Assembly: GCA_964651805.1 (NCBI GenBank)
Contig: CAZYXX010000002.1
Location: 281,516 to 345,515, forward strand
Length of the DNA: 64,000 bases
Reading direction: 5' to 3'
Source of the DNA: an uncultured Hyphomicrobium sp.
GTDB taxonomy: Bacteria; Pseudomonadota; Alphaproteobacteria; Rhizobiales; Hyphomicrobiaceae
Shown here in pieces: positions 1-8,835 of the stretch; the stretch's first letter is position 1; each line of letters starts with the position of its first letter. A model generated the notes under the pieces. The model had not been told where the DNA came from, did no database searches, and saw nothing but the letters and a program-made list of their open reading frames with translations. A program made the translations under genes and the position numbers.

Positions 1-264
1 GATGTCGTTGGGCGGATCGCGCGACGCACGCTGATGCGCGGTCAACCGATTCCGCTTTCCGCTTTGCGCGAAAAGGCGGCCGTCCTTCAGGGCAAGACGT
101 ACTCCATGATTTATACGTCGGAGTTCCTATCCGTTGCCGGTGTCGGCGTGCCGCTTCAATCCGGCGCGGTCGGGTCCATTATCAACGTTCGCAATCCTGA
201 TACGGGCGTTGTGGTAAAGGCGCGCGTGGCCGAGGATCGCACACTCGTCGTCGAGGTGCCATGA
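1..264 (+). CDS. flgA: Flagellar basal body P-ring chaperone FlgA (5' truncated by window edge)
   Basis: Frame is open from base 1; C-terminal motif GAVGSIINVRNPDTGVVVKARV is typical of FlgA; overlaps flgI start. Confidence 0.85.
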   Translation, partial: DVVGRIARRTLMRGQPIPLSALREKAAVLQGKTYSMIYTSEFLSVAGVGVPLQSGAVGSIINVRNPDTGVVVKARVAEDRTLVVEVP

Positions 265-1361
265 GACACCTCGTATTTGTCGTGATTGGGTTGCTGGTCG
301 CGGTGACGCCAGCAGCTAGCGCAACACGCATCAAGGACGTCACGAATGTGCGGGGGCTGCGTTCCAACCAAGTCGTCGGGTACGGCTTGGTGATCGGCCT
401 TTCGGGGACCGGCGACAGCTTACGAAATGCGCCGTTCACACAACAGTCCGTGCAGTCGATGCTGGACAAGCTCGGCGTCAATATTCGCGGCAACCAGACG
501 CGGACGCGCAACGTAGCCGCGGTCGTCGTCACCGCTGAGCTTCCGGCATTCTCAACCCGTGGAAGCCGGGTCGATGTTGTCGTTTCGTCGCTAGGCGATG
601 CAAAGTCGCTTGCTGGCGGCACGCTCATCATGACGCCGCTCAGCGGCGCCGATGACACAATCTATGCCGTCGCGCAGGGGCAGGTCGCGGTGTCGGGAAT
701 ATCAGCGGCGGGTACGGCTCAGTCAATCACGCAAGGCGTGCCGACCAGTGGCCGCATCGCAAACGGCGCAATTCTGGAGCGCAATGCGCCCGGCAGTTTC
801 GAGGAGGACGCGGACCTCGAACTCGAACTGCGCAACCCGGATTTCCGCACGGCGGTCCGTATCGTGGATGCGATCAACGCCTACTCCATGAATCAGTACG
901 GCACCAAGCTGGCGCGCGAAAAGGACTTCCGCAGCGTCGAGCTTCGGCGTCCAAAGAATTTGTCGATGGCACGGCTCTACGCCGAGATCGGCGACCTTGG
1001 GGTCGAGCCGGATCAACCGGCGCGCATCGTCATCGACGAAAAGACCGGAACGATCGTGATCGGTAAGGATGTGCGCATCAATACGGTTGCGGTCGCCCAC
1101 GGCAATATAACCGTGAAGGTGCGGGAATCGGCGATGGTATCGCAGCCGGAGCCGTTCTCGGACGGCGAGACAGTTGTCGTTCCGGAAACGGACGTTGCCG
1201 TTGAGGAAGCGGGCGGCACGGTATCCCCGCTTCATGGGGCGAGCCTTCGCGATCTCGTCTATGCGCTCAATCGCATGGGGCTCAAACCGCAGGGCATTAT
1301 CGCCGTTATTCAGGCGATCAAGAGCGCCGGCGCGTTGCAGGCTGAATTGGTGGTGCAGTGA
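261..1361 (+). CDS. flgI: Flagellar P-ring protein
   Basis: Signal peptide then RIKDVTNV...NQVVGYGLVIGLSGTGD; ends AIKSAGALQAELVVQ. Confidence 0.97.
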   Translation: MRHLVFVVIGLLVAVTPAASATRIKDVTNVRGLRSNQVVGYGLVIGLSGTGDSLRNAPFTQQSVQSMLDKLGVNIRGNQTRTRNVAAVVVTAELPAFSTRGSRVDVVVSSLGDAKSLAGGTLIMTPLSGADDTIYAVAQGQVAVSGISAAGTAQSITQGVPTSGRIANGAILERNAPGSFEEDADLELELRNPDFRTAVRIVDAINAYSMNQYGTKLAREKDFRSVELRRPKNLSMARLYAEIGDLGVEPDQPARIVIDEKTGTIVIGKDVRINTVAVAHGNITVKVRESAMVSQPEPFSDGETVVVPETDVAVEEAGGTVSPLHGASLRDLVYALNRMGLKPQGIIAVIQAIKSAGALQAELVVQ

Positions 1362-2002
1362 TGGCGGCGTACGGCGCAGACTTTCGGGTATGGTTGAAGC
1401 CGGCCATAGTTGTGCTTGCCGGGCTGGCGTTCGCGTGTCCGGCCGGTCTTGCGGTCGCGGATGACGATGCGGAGCTGCCGCGTTTCGCTGTTGCAGAGAT
1501 GACAGGTGCGAGCAGCAGTCACGAGGCAAACAAGAGCGACGACGGTGGCATCGTTCTACCGGCACAGACGCCGCTCGCTGAGCCGACACCGGGCGAGCAG
1601 TATTGCACCAGCGTGCAAGACCAAGCGGCGCTCGCGCAACTTGCTCTTCAGAAGAAAGAATTGGAAACCGCGCAAGTCGAGATCGACAAGCGCATCAAGG
1701 TGCTGACCGAGAAATCCAACGAATACAAGTCCTGGCTGGCCAAGCGCGAGGACTTCTTGAAGCGCGCAACGGAGAGCCTGGTCGGTATCTATGCGCAGAT
1801 GAAGCCGGAGGCGGCAGCGGCCCGGCTCACTGCGATGAACGAACTCGTTGCGGCCGCCATCATATCGAAGCTCGCGCCCAAAGCGGCTGGTGCGGTGCTG
1901 AGCGAAATGGAAACGGCGAAGGCAGCGCGGCTGTCGTCGGTTTTGGCTGGCGCCGCCGAGGTCGTGGCGAATGTCGGCACACAAGCGCGGGAGCAGCCAT
2001 GA
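1358..2002 (+). CDS. motE: MotE-like periplasmic chaperone
   Basis: Signal peptide, QYC motif, coiled coil, LVGIYAQMKPEAAAARL; lies between flgI and flgH as in rhizobia. Confidence 0.8.
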   Translation: MMAAYGADFRVWLKPAIVVLAGLAFACPAGLAVADDDAELPRFAVAEMTGASSSHEANKSDDGGIVLPAQTPLAEPTPGEQYCTSVQDQAALAQLALQKKELETAQVEIDKRIKVLTEKSNEYKSWLAKREDFLKRATESLVGIYAQMKPEAAAARLTAMNELVAAAIISKLAPKAAGAVLSEMETAKAARLSSVLAGAAEVVANVGTQAREQP

Positions 2003-2727
2003 GACGGATGCTCCAGCGGATTGCGATTGTCTCGCTTGCCTTCACCCTTGCCGGTTGCAGTATGCAACAGATTCAAGAAATCGGGCGTGAGCCGTCGCTA
2101 ACTCCCGTAGGCTCAGGTCTTGCGACGAGCGCCATCGTGCCGGCGACGTTCGCGGCTCCGCGACCCGATCGGCCGACAGGCAATTCGGCCTGGAGAGACA
2201 CGGGCGCCGATTTCTTTCGTGACGGACGTGCCATTCGGCCGGGCGATGTGGTGACGGTCAAAATCCAGATTAAGGACAAGGCACAACTCGACAACACGCT
2301 CGAACGCTCGCGCGACTCCAAGGGCGGCCTCTCAACCAGTCTCGACTACGACTTAGGCTTCGGTGGCTGGACCGCGGCGGGCGCAGGCACGGTGGACGGC
2401 AACTTCGGCCGAACGACATCGACCGACAGCAAAGGCGCAATCCAGCGCTCCGAAAGTATCGATTTGCTTATCGCGGCCGTGGTCACGGACGTGCTTCCGA
2501 ATGGGAACATGCTTATTTCAGGAAGCCAGGAAGTTCGCGTGAACTATGAAGTTCGTGTCTTGAACGTTGCCGGCGTGATCCGCCCGCGTGACATCGCGCA
2601 GGATAATTCAATCTCGTACGACAAGCTGGCGGAGGCTCGCATTTCTTACGGCGGGCGTGGGCGCGTGATGGAGGTTCAACAGCCGGGCTGGGGTCACCAG
2701 CTCATCGATATCGTATCTCCATTCTAA
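1999..2727 (+). CDS. flgH: Flagellar L-ring lipoprotein
   Basis: True start ATG 1999 (MRRMLQ...LAGC lipobox); FFRDGRAIRPGDVVTV and GYGGRG-like C-terminal motifs. Confidence 0.95.
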   Translation: MRRMLQRIAIVSLAFTLAGCSMQQIQEIGREPSLTPVGSGLATSAIVPATFAAPRPDRPTGNSAWRDTGADFFRDGRAIRPGDVVTVKIQIKDKAQLDNTLERSRDSKGGLSTSLDYDLGFGGWTAAGAGTVDGNFGRTTSTDSKGAIQRSESIDLLIAAVVTDVLPNGNMLISGSQEVRVNYEVRVLNVAGVIRPRDIAQDNSISYDKLAEARISYGGRGRVMEVQQPGWGHQLIDIVSPF

Positions 2728-2748
2728 GGCCGCGAGGGGGCGACCCAT

Positions 2749-3264
2749 ATGGCCACGGCTGGCTCTGATGCAATGGCGAGTGAACAGCGAAGCGGCCCGA
2801 GCTTTGTCATAGCACTCGCTATCAGCCTTGTGATCGGCGGTATCGCGGGCGGCGGCTTCGGGGCTTTTCTCCGCGCTCCGGCGCCGACGGAACCTGCTGC
2901 GCAGGCGGCGACCGTGCCGGTTGACTCACTATCGCCGCAGCCGATCGTCGGCGCGGTCAGCCGCTTTCCTCCAGATGCCATCGAGCTGCCTGTGCAACCG
3001 ATCATCGTTACGATCGGATCGGAACTCAAAACCAATATTCGGCTCGAGTTCTCTATTGTTGCCGCCAGCGGTACGCCAGATGAAGGCACGCTCAAAGGCG
3101 AGATCCGCGAGGACGTTATCGCTTATCTCAAGGGATTGACCGTTTCCGACCTCGAAGGAGGGCGGCGGTTTCAGCTGCTGCGTGAACAGCTCGACGACCG
3201 AGCGCGCGTGCGCGGACGCGGAGTGGTGCTCGGGATACTGATCAGCGGGCTCGTCGTGCAATGA
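2749..3264 (+). CDS. fliL: Flagellar basal body-associated FliL
   Basis: Single N-terminal TM segment; IREDVIAYLKGLTVSDLEG...LREQLDDRARV FliL-like C-terminus; precedes fliP. Confidence 0.8.
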   Translation: MATAGSDAMASEQRSGPSFVIALAISLVIGGIAGGGFGAFLRAPAPTEPAAQAATVPVDSLSPQPIVGAVSRFPPDAIELPVQPIIVTIGSELKTNIRLEFSIVAASGTPDEGTLKGEIREDVIAYLKGLTVSDLEGGRRFQLLREQLDDRARVRGRGVVLGILISGLVVQ

Positions 3265-4013
3265 CGCGGCGCCTTGTTGCCAAACTCGCGCTGGCGGGGG
3301 TCGCGCTCGCGGCCGTTTCAACCTCGGCTGCCGCGCAGGTTATCAACCTCGAACAATATCTGCCGACGGGTGATCCTACGGTTGCCGGACGCATCGTCCA
3401 GCTCATGGTGCTGGTGACCGTCCTGTCGGTCGCGCCCGGCCTGCTGATGATGGCGACGTCATTCACCCGCTTCATCGTCGCCCTTTCCTTCCTGCGCGCG
3501 GGCCTGGGATTGCAGACGACGCCGAGCAACCTAGTCCTCATCAGTCTGGCTCTCTTTCTGACGGCCTTCGTGATGGGGCCGACGTTCGAGCAGTCCTGGC
3601 GTGAGGGCGTGAAGCCCATGATCGACAATCAAATCCAGGCCGAGGAAGGGTATCAGCGTACGACGGCGCCATTCCGTGCGTTCATGAAGCTCAACGTTCG
3701 CGACAAGGACCTCGAGACGTTCCGCAGCATGGCGGAAGAGCGGTTCAAGGGTAGTCCGCTGGCCGAGGATGACTTCCGCGTGCTTATCCCGGCGTTCATG
3801 GTGTCAGAACTACGGCGCGGATTCGAAATCGGTTTTCTCATCGCATTGCCGTTCATCGTCATAGACCTTGTCGTTGCAACTGTTCTCATGTCGCTCGGCA
3901 TGATGATGATGCCGCCGACTGTGCTGTCGTTGCCACTTAAGGTGTTGTTTTTCGTCATGATCGACGGGTGGACGCTACTCGTCGGTGCGTTAACGAAGTC
4001 GTATTTGAGCTAG
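3261..4013 (+). CDS. fliP: Flagellar export gate FliP
   Basis: MATSFTRFIVALSFLRAGLG, PAFMVSELRRGFEIGF, LFFVMIDGW. Confidence 0.97.
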   Translation: MTRRLVAKLALAGVALAAVSTSAAAQVINLEQYLPTGDPTVAGRIVQLMVLVTVLSVAPGLLMMATSFTRFIVALSFLRAGLGLQTTPSNLVLISLALFLTAFVMGPTFEQSWREGVKPMIDNQIQAEEGYQRTTAPFRAFMKLNVRDKDLETFRSMAEERFKGSPLAEDDFRVLIPAFMVSELRRGFEIGFLIALPFIVIDLVVATVLMSLGMMMMPPTVLSLPLKVLFFVMIDGWTLLVGALTKSYLS

Positions 4014-4099
4014 CGCTGCATTTGCAACCTTGGTCAATGCCAGGGCCCACCAGCAAAAAATGATTCCGCTGCTCAAACTGGGTAAGAAATAAGAAATAA

Positions 4100-4230
4100 C
4101 TCTGCCGTATCCGTTGTCCTTGGCAGAGTGACTGCGTCAAACGCGTCACAGGCATGAAGCCGCCCTGCCAGGCCGGTCCACCCGGCATGTCCCGTTTTGC
4201 GTGTTCATGAGTAGAGGACAAAGGGACATG
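4100..4230 (+). promoter_or_regulatory. Structured flagellin 5' leader with RBS/start-sequestering stem
   Basis: Inverted repeats ACTCTGCC/GGCAGAGT near 4100-4129, and CATGTCCC (4186-4193) exactly complementary to GGGACATG (4223-4230). Confidence 0.5.
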
Positions 4231-4233
4231 GGT

Positions 4234-5169
4234 ATGAGCAGCATCAACACGAACTACGCCGCCGTTACGGCGCTCCAGAATCTCCAGATTACGTCGAAGG
4301 AAATGCTTTCGACGCAAAATCGCATTTCGACCGGCCTGCGCGTCGCAACCGCCGAAGACAACGCTGCATATTGGTCCATCGCGACCACGATGCGCTCGGA
4401 CAACAAGGCGCTTTCGACCGTTCAGGACGCTCTGGGCCTGGGCAAAGCAACGATCAACGTTGCCTACACGGCGATGAACAGCTCGATCGACGTTACGTCG
4501 GAAATCAAGGCAAAGCTGGTCGCTGCTCGTGAGCCGGGCGTTGACCGCTCCAAGATTCAGACGGAAGTGAAAGAGCTTCAGAACCAGCTCAAGAGCATCG
4601 CCGACTCGGCGACGTTCTCTGGTCAGAACTGGCTCTCGGTCGACTCTTCGGCTTCCGGCTACAACGCGACGAAGACGATCGTTTCTTCGTTCACGCGTTC
4701 GTCGGACGGCAGCGTGTCGGTCGGCACGATCAGCATCGATACCTCGGTCACAAAGCTCTACGACTCATCGACGGCTGCCAACGGCATCCTCGACGCGTCA
4801 CGCGACTCGACGGGCGCAGTGGCTACGACCGGTACCGCACTGTCGTCCATGGACATCAGCGCGCTGACGGACAGCACGACCGACCTGACGACGCTCGACG
4901 GCTACATCAAGGCCGCCGACGCCGCGATCAAGGAAATGACGGCTTCGGCCACCAGCCTTGGCTCGCAGAAGTCGCGCATCAACATGCAGAGCGAATTCGT
5001 GAGCGCGCTTAAGAGCGCCATCACGGAAGGCATCGCTCAGCTGGTCGATGCCGACATGAACGAAGAGTCGACGCGCTTGCAGGCTCTGCAGGTCAAGCAG
5101 CAGCTCGGTGTTCAGGCGCTCAGCATCGCCAACCAGTCGAGCCAGAACATCCTCTCGCTCTTCCGCTAA
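4234..5169 (+). CDS. fliC: Flagellin (single copy in window; alternative start 4228)
   Basis: MSSINTNYAAVTALQNL...RISTGLRV; C-terminus LVDADMNEESTRLQALQVKQQLGVQALSIANQSSQNILSLFR. Confidence 0.97.
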   Translation: MSSINTNYAAVTALQNLQITSKEMLSTQNRISTGLRVATAEDNAAYWSIATTMRSDNKALSTVQDALGLGKATINVAYTAMNSSIDVTSEIKAKLVAAREPGVDRSKIQTEVKELQNQLKSIADSATFSGQNWLSVDSSASGYNATKTIVSSFTRSSDGSVSVGTISIDTSVTKLYDSSTAANGILDASRDSTGAVATTGTALSSMDISALTDSTTDLTTLDGYIKAADAAIKEMTASATSLGSQKSRINMQSEFVSALKSAITEGIAQLVDADMNEESTRLQALQVKQQLGVQALSIANQSSQNILSLFR

Positions 5170-5176
5170 ACGTTAA

Positions 5177-5202
5177 TGCCTGGCGCCACTAGGCGCCAGG
5201 CA
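5177..5202 (+). terminator. Strong hairpin after flagellin stop (no U-tract)
   Basis: TGCCTGGCGCC-ACTA-GGCGCCAGGCA, 11-bp perfect stem. Confidence 0.5.
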
Positions 5203-5396
5203 CCACTTCCCCTAATCCCAAGTCCCGACGACTACAGCGACGTGCCACATCGCTGAGGCTCACGCTGCCGTGTGAGCGTCTGGTCGCGCCCATCGCCGCT
5301 CCCACGGGCGCGACCAGTCCTCGCCCCACCCCTCGTGTCACCCCGGCACAAGGTTGCCTCACTAGCGTCCCTAGACGACATGTCGGGACCGAGGCG

Positions 5397-7067
5397 ATGG
5401 ATTGGCGACAGCTTTCCGGCGTTTTTAGTGGCTTGCAAGCTCTGGGCAAGCAAAGGCTGATTGCGCTTGCGGTGGCAGGCGCCGCTGTATTCGGAATCAT
5501 CACGCTCGGCAGCTATGTCGGAACGCGCGCGAGTTTCGAGACCCTCTACGTCGGCTTGACGCCGCAAGATGTTAGCCGAATGGGCGCGGTTCTTTCGGAA
5601 GCCGGCATTCCCTTCGAAGCCAGTCAGGACGGCACCAAGATTGGCGTTCCGATGGCGCAGGTCGCGCAGGCGCGCGCGATGCTTGCTGAGAAAGGGCTGC
5701 CGGGGAGCCCGACAGCGGGCTACGAGCTGTTCGACAAACTCGGTGCGCTGGGTCTCACCTCGTTCATGCAACAGGTGACGCGTGTCCGCGCGCTCGAAGG
5801 CGAACTCGCGCGTACGATCCAGAACCTCAAGGGCGTCAAGGCAGCGCGCGTGCATCTCGCACTTCCCGATCCCAACACGTTGAAATCAAAGCGGCCGGCG
5901 CCGTCGGCGTCCGTCATCATCCGGACAGACGGTGTTGCGGAGCCGGGCGTTGCGCGTGCAATCAAGCATCTGGTCTCCGCCGCCATCCCGGAGATGGTGC
6001 CTGATCAAATCAGCATTGTCGGTACCGACGGCCAGCTCCTAGCGGGTGCGTCGGCGGATTCATCGAACGAGACATCCTCGAAAATGATCGACCTAGAGCA
6101 GCAGGTTGCTCGCCAGATCCAAGAGAATGTGGCGCGTACGCTGTCGCCTTATCTCGGTCTCGGCAACTTCGAAGTGAGCGCGGTGGCGCGGCTCAACATC
6201 GACAAGATACAGTCGAGCGAAACTGCCTATGATCCCGACAAGCGGGTCGAGCGCTCGACCCGCGTCGTCAAAGAGAACGAGAGCTCGCAGGATAGTGCTG
6301 GCCGCGGCACGGTCGGCGTCGACCAGAACATTCCGAACGAGGCCGGTGCCGATGCCGGCAAAGATCAAAACAAGCGGGCTCAGGACCGTCGCGAAGAGAC
6401 CACCAACTACGAAGTCAGCAGCAAATCCTCGTCCGTCGTGAGCGAAGGATACCGCATTTCCAATCTCTCTGTCGCGATCGTGGTGAACCGCAAGCGCTTT
6501 GCCGAGATTGCGGGCAAGGAACTGGGCGAAGACGACATCAAGAAGCAGGTGGGAGAAATCGAACGTCTCATTCAGTCGGCCGCGGGCATCGATTCCAAGC
6601 GCGGCGACAAGATTGACGTCGCGGCCTTTGATTTTGCTAGTGAGCCCGTCGTCGGTATGACCGATGAAACCAGCGCGTGGGCGCCGATGCTATTCAGCCT
6701 GCTGGGCGTGCTCATCAAGTCGGTGGCGGTTGTTGCTGTCGCGGCGATCGTGGTTTTTGCGGGCTTGAAGCCTGCTCTGCGCACGATCATGGCGGGCTCG
6801 CCAGGCGCGACTGCGAGCATCGGCGCGTTCGAGGCGCCGGCGATTGCCGGAATGCCGGGCAGTGGTCCCACACTTGAGATTCCCGAAATGGCATCGCCGC
6901 TTCTGGAGGCCGATAATCCGTTCGGCGGCCCGCTCGACAGTAGTAGTTTCGGTCTAGGCCTTCCGCGCGGGATTTCGAATGGGCCTGTTGAGCGTCTGGT
7001 CGGTATCTTTGAACGCGAAGAAGAGCAGGCCACTGCCGTCCTCAAGCACTGGGTGCGCGGCGGATGA
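5397..7067 (+). CDS. fliF: Flagellar MS-ring protein
   Basis: Two TM segments; GYELFDKLGALGLTSFMQQVTRVRALEGELARTI, ARVHLALP. Confidence 0.96.
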   Translation: MDWRQLSGVFSGLQALGKQRLIALAVAGAAVFGIITLGSYVGTRASFETLYVGLTPQDVSRMGAVLSEAGIPFEASQDGTKIGVPMAQVAQARAMLAEKGLPGSPTAGYELFDKLGALGLTSFMQQVTRVRALEGELARTIQNLKGVKAARVHLALPDPNTLKSKRPAPSASVIIRTDGVAEPGVARAIKHLVSAAIPEMVPDQISIVGTDGQLLAGASADSSNETSSKMIDLEQQVARQIQENVARTLSPYLGLGNFEVSAVARLNIDKIQSSETAYDPDKRVERSTRVVKENESSQDSAGRGTVGVDQNIPNEAGADAGKDQNKRAQDRREETTNYEVSSKSSSVVSEGYRISNLSVAIVVNRKRFAEIAGKELGEDDIKKQVGEIERLIQSAAGIDSKRGDKIDVAAFDFASEPVVGMTDETSAWAPMLFSLLGVLIKSVAVVAVAAIVVFAGLKPALRTIMAGSPGATASIGAFEAPAIAGMPGSGPTLEIPEMASPLLEADNPFGGPLDSSSFGLGLPRGISNGPVERLVGIFEREEEQATAVLKHWVRGG

Positions 7068-7681
7068 GTAGAACGACGCGCTCTCTCGCTTTCTCTAGGC
7101 TCGCGGAATTCGCGCCGCGTGCCGGGGCCGAGGGTGGCTACGTCAACACCGGTCTCATAGAGGTCAGTGCTTGTGAGGTGATGATCGAGGCGGCGACGCA
7201 GGACGGGTTGCAGCGCGGCTACGATACGGGCCGGGCGGAAGCGATGGCAGAGGTGGATATCCGTATCGCGCAGCTTGAGGCATCGTTTGCGGAACAGATC
7301 GCACAAGCACGTGATCATTGGCAGCGTGATATCGGCGAGCGGCTGATCGATGATGTCATCAAAAGCCGAGACACGCTTTCGCAAGAGCTTTCGGAAAGAC
7401 TTTCGACGATTCTTGAGCCCTGGATCGATCAGCAAATCCGTCGTCGCTCGCTCGAGGACCTAGAGCGTGCCGTACTGCGGGTTGCGTCCGAGGGTTCAAA
7501 ACTCACCGTACGAGGCCCTCAGGATCTGGTTGATCACGTCTTGAGTTGCCTCAATGAGCGCAATGTTGCTGCGGAGGCCGTCGTTGCGGCGGAGGCCGGA
7601 CTTCAGCTCTCCATAGATGAGACCATCATTACGCATCATCTTGAGCAATGGATGGCGGATCTTAAGGCGGTGGCGGCATGA
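7064..7681 (+). CDS. Hypothetical flagellar protein, FliH-like
   Basis: GLQRGYDTGRAEA (GxxxG-type repeat) plus helical region; coupled between fliF and motB. Confidence 0.55.
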   Translation: MSRTTRSLAFSRLAEFAPRAGAEGGYVNTGLIEVSACEVMIEAATQDGLQRGYDTGRAEAMAEVDIRIAQLEASFAEQIAQARDHWQRDIGERLIDDVIKSRDTLSQELSERLSTILEPWIDQQIRRRSLEDLERAVLRVASEGSKLTVRGPQDLVDHVLSCLNERNVAAEAVVAAEAGLQLSIDETIITHHLEQWMADLKAVAA

Positions 7682-8835
7682 GCGGCCCGAGCCAGGACGT
7701 AACGGTCCAACCCCTTGTCATTGTCCGTCGCCGTCGCGGCACGGAAGAGCCGCATCATGGCGGTGTCTGGAAGATCGCCTATGCCGACTTCATGACCGCC
7801 ATGATGGCTTTCTTTCTCGTGATGTGGCTCATCAATGCCGCGGACCGGCAGACGATCGTTCAAGTCGCCGCTTACTTCAATCCGATGCGCTTAACCGACC
7901 GCACGGAAGTGACAAAGGGCCTGCAGAACCAGAACGAGACCGATTCAAAGGTCGATGAGAAGCAGGAAGGCAAGAACGCAACGAAGTCGGAAGACGACAC
8001 CAAGGCCGAACACATCAAGACCGACAGGGCCGAGATCGGCCCGACGGCTGTTTCGCCAGCAGGCTCTTCAAAAGAGCAAGCGCGTGAGCACGCGATGTTT
8101 GTTGACCCGATGGCTGCGCTCAATGTGCTTGCCAGCAAGGCAAAGCCGAAGCGGGTGGCGCGTAGTGCGGGTGAGGCGGCGCGGACACCGCGCGATCCCT
8201 TCGATCCGGCGACACGGCTAACCGAGATACCCTCTACAACCACGAAGCCGATCGACGTCAAAAAGCGGGCCGAAAAGCCAGTCGACGGCAAGTTCCTGCC
8301 CGCGCAGGCGACCGCAGAGAAGGCGGCGGAGAAGAGCGAAGCGAAGCCGGAATCAGCAAACAGCGATGCGAAGGTCGAAGAGGCCAAGCAACTCGCCGAA
8401 GCCATCAAGGCCGCGGCATCGCAAGCGGCCGACAGGCTCCCCGAAATTGATGTGAAAGCGACGCCGGAGGGTATTCTGGTGAGCCTCACGGATGACGCCA
8501 ACTTCGGCATGTTCGAAATTGGTTCGGCCAAGCCGCGGCCGGAACTCGTGGTCGTTGTCGAAAAAATTGCACAGACGCTGAAGGCGCATGAGGGTCAGGT
8601 GGTTGTTCGGGGTCACACCGACAGCCGCCGATATTCGAGCGGTATCTACGACAACTGGCGGCTTTCGAGCGCGCGCGCGCAGATGGCTTACTACATGTTG
8701 GTACGCGGCGGCCTGGAGGAGACGCGCTTCCTGGGTGTCGAGGGGCGAGCCGACCGGGACCTCAAGATCGCGGATGATCCCAACGCCGCGGAGAACCGCC
8801 GCATCGAGATCCTGCTGAAGAAGGCTGAGCGATGA
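7678..8835 (+). CDS. motB: Flagellar stator MotB
   Basis: WKIAYADFMTAMMAFFLVMWL plus OmpA-like domain GHTDS...NWRLSSARA...ENRRIEI. Confidence 0.96.
   Translation: MSGPSQDVTVQPLVIVRRRRGTEEPHHGGVWKIAYADFMTAMMAFFLVMWLINAADRQTIVQVAAYFNPMRLTDRTEVTKGLQNQNETDSKVDEKQEGKNATKSEDDTKAEHIKTDRAEIGPTAVSPAGSSKEQAREHAMFVDPMAALNVLASKAKPKRVARSAGEAARTPRDPFDPATRLTEIPSTTTKPIDVKKRAEKPVDGKFLPAQATAEKAAEKSEAKPESANSDAKVEEAKQLAEAIKAAASQAADRLPEIDVKATPEGILVSLTDDANFGMFEIGSAKPRPELVVVVEKIAQTLKAHEGQVVVRGHTDSRRYSSGIYDNWRLSSARAQMAYYMLVRGGLEETRFLGVEGRADRDLKIADDPNAAENRRIEILLKKAER

Noticed and set aside
723-1589. 288-aa minus-strand ORF, and similar long antisense ORFs (6572-7435, 19725-20642, 56778-57683, 58927-60141)
   Set aside because: They lie wholly opposite well-supported genes, are R/P/S-rich and have no family motifs; typical shadow ORFs of GC-rich DNA
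1603-1998. N-terminal extension of FlgH in the ORF track
   Set aside because: Overlaps motE; the lipoprotein signal starts at ATG 1999. The same reasoning applies to the extensions at 14265 (flgE), 30617 (gcvH), 31722 (gcvT, runs through the riboswitch) and 56274 (ABC ATPase)
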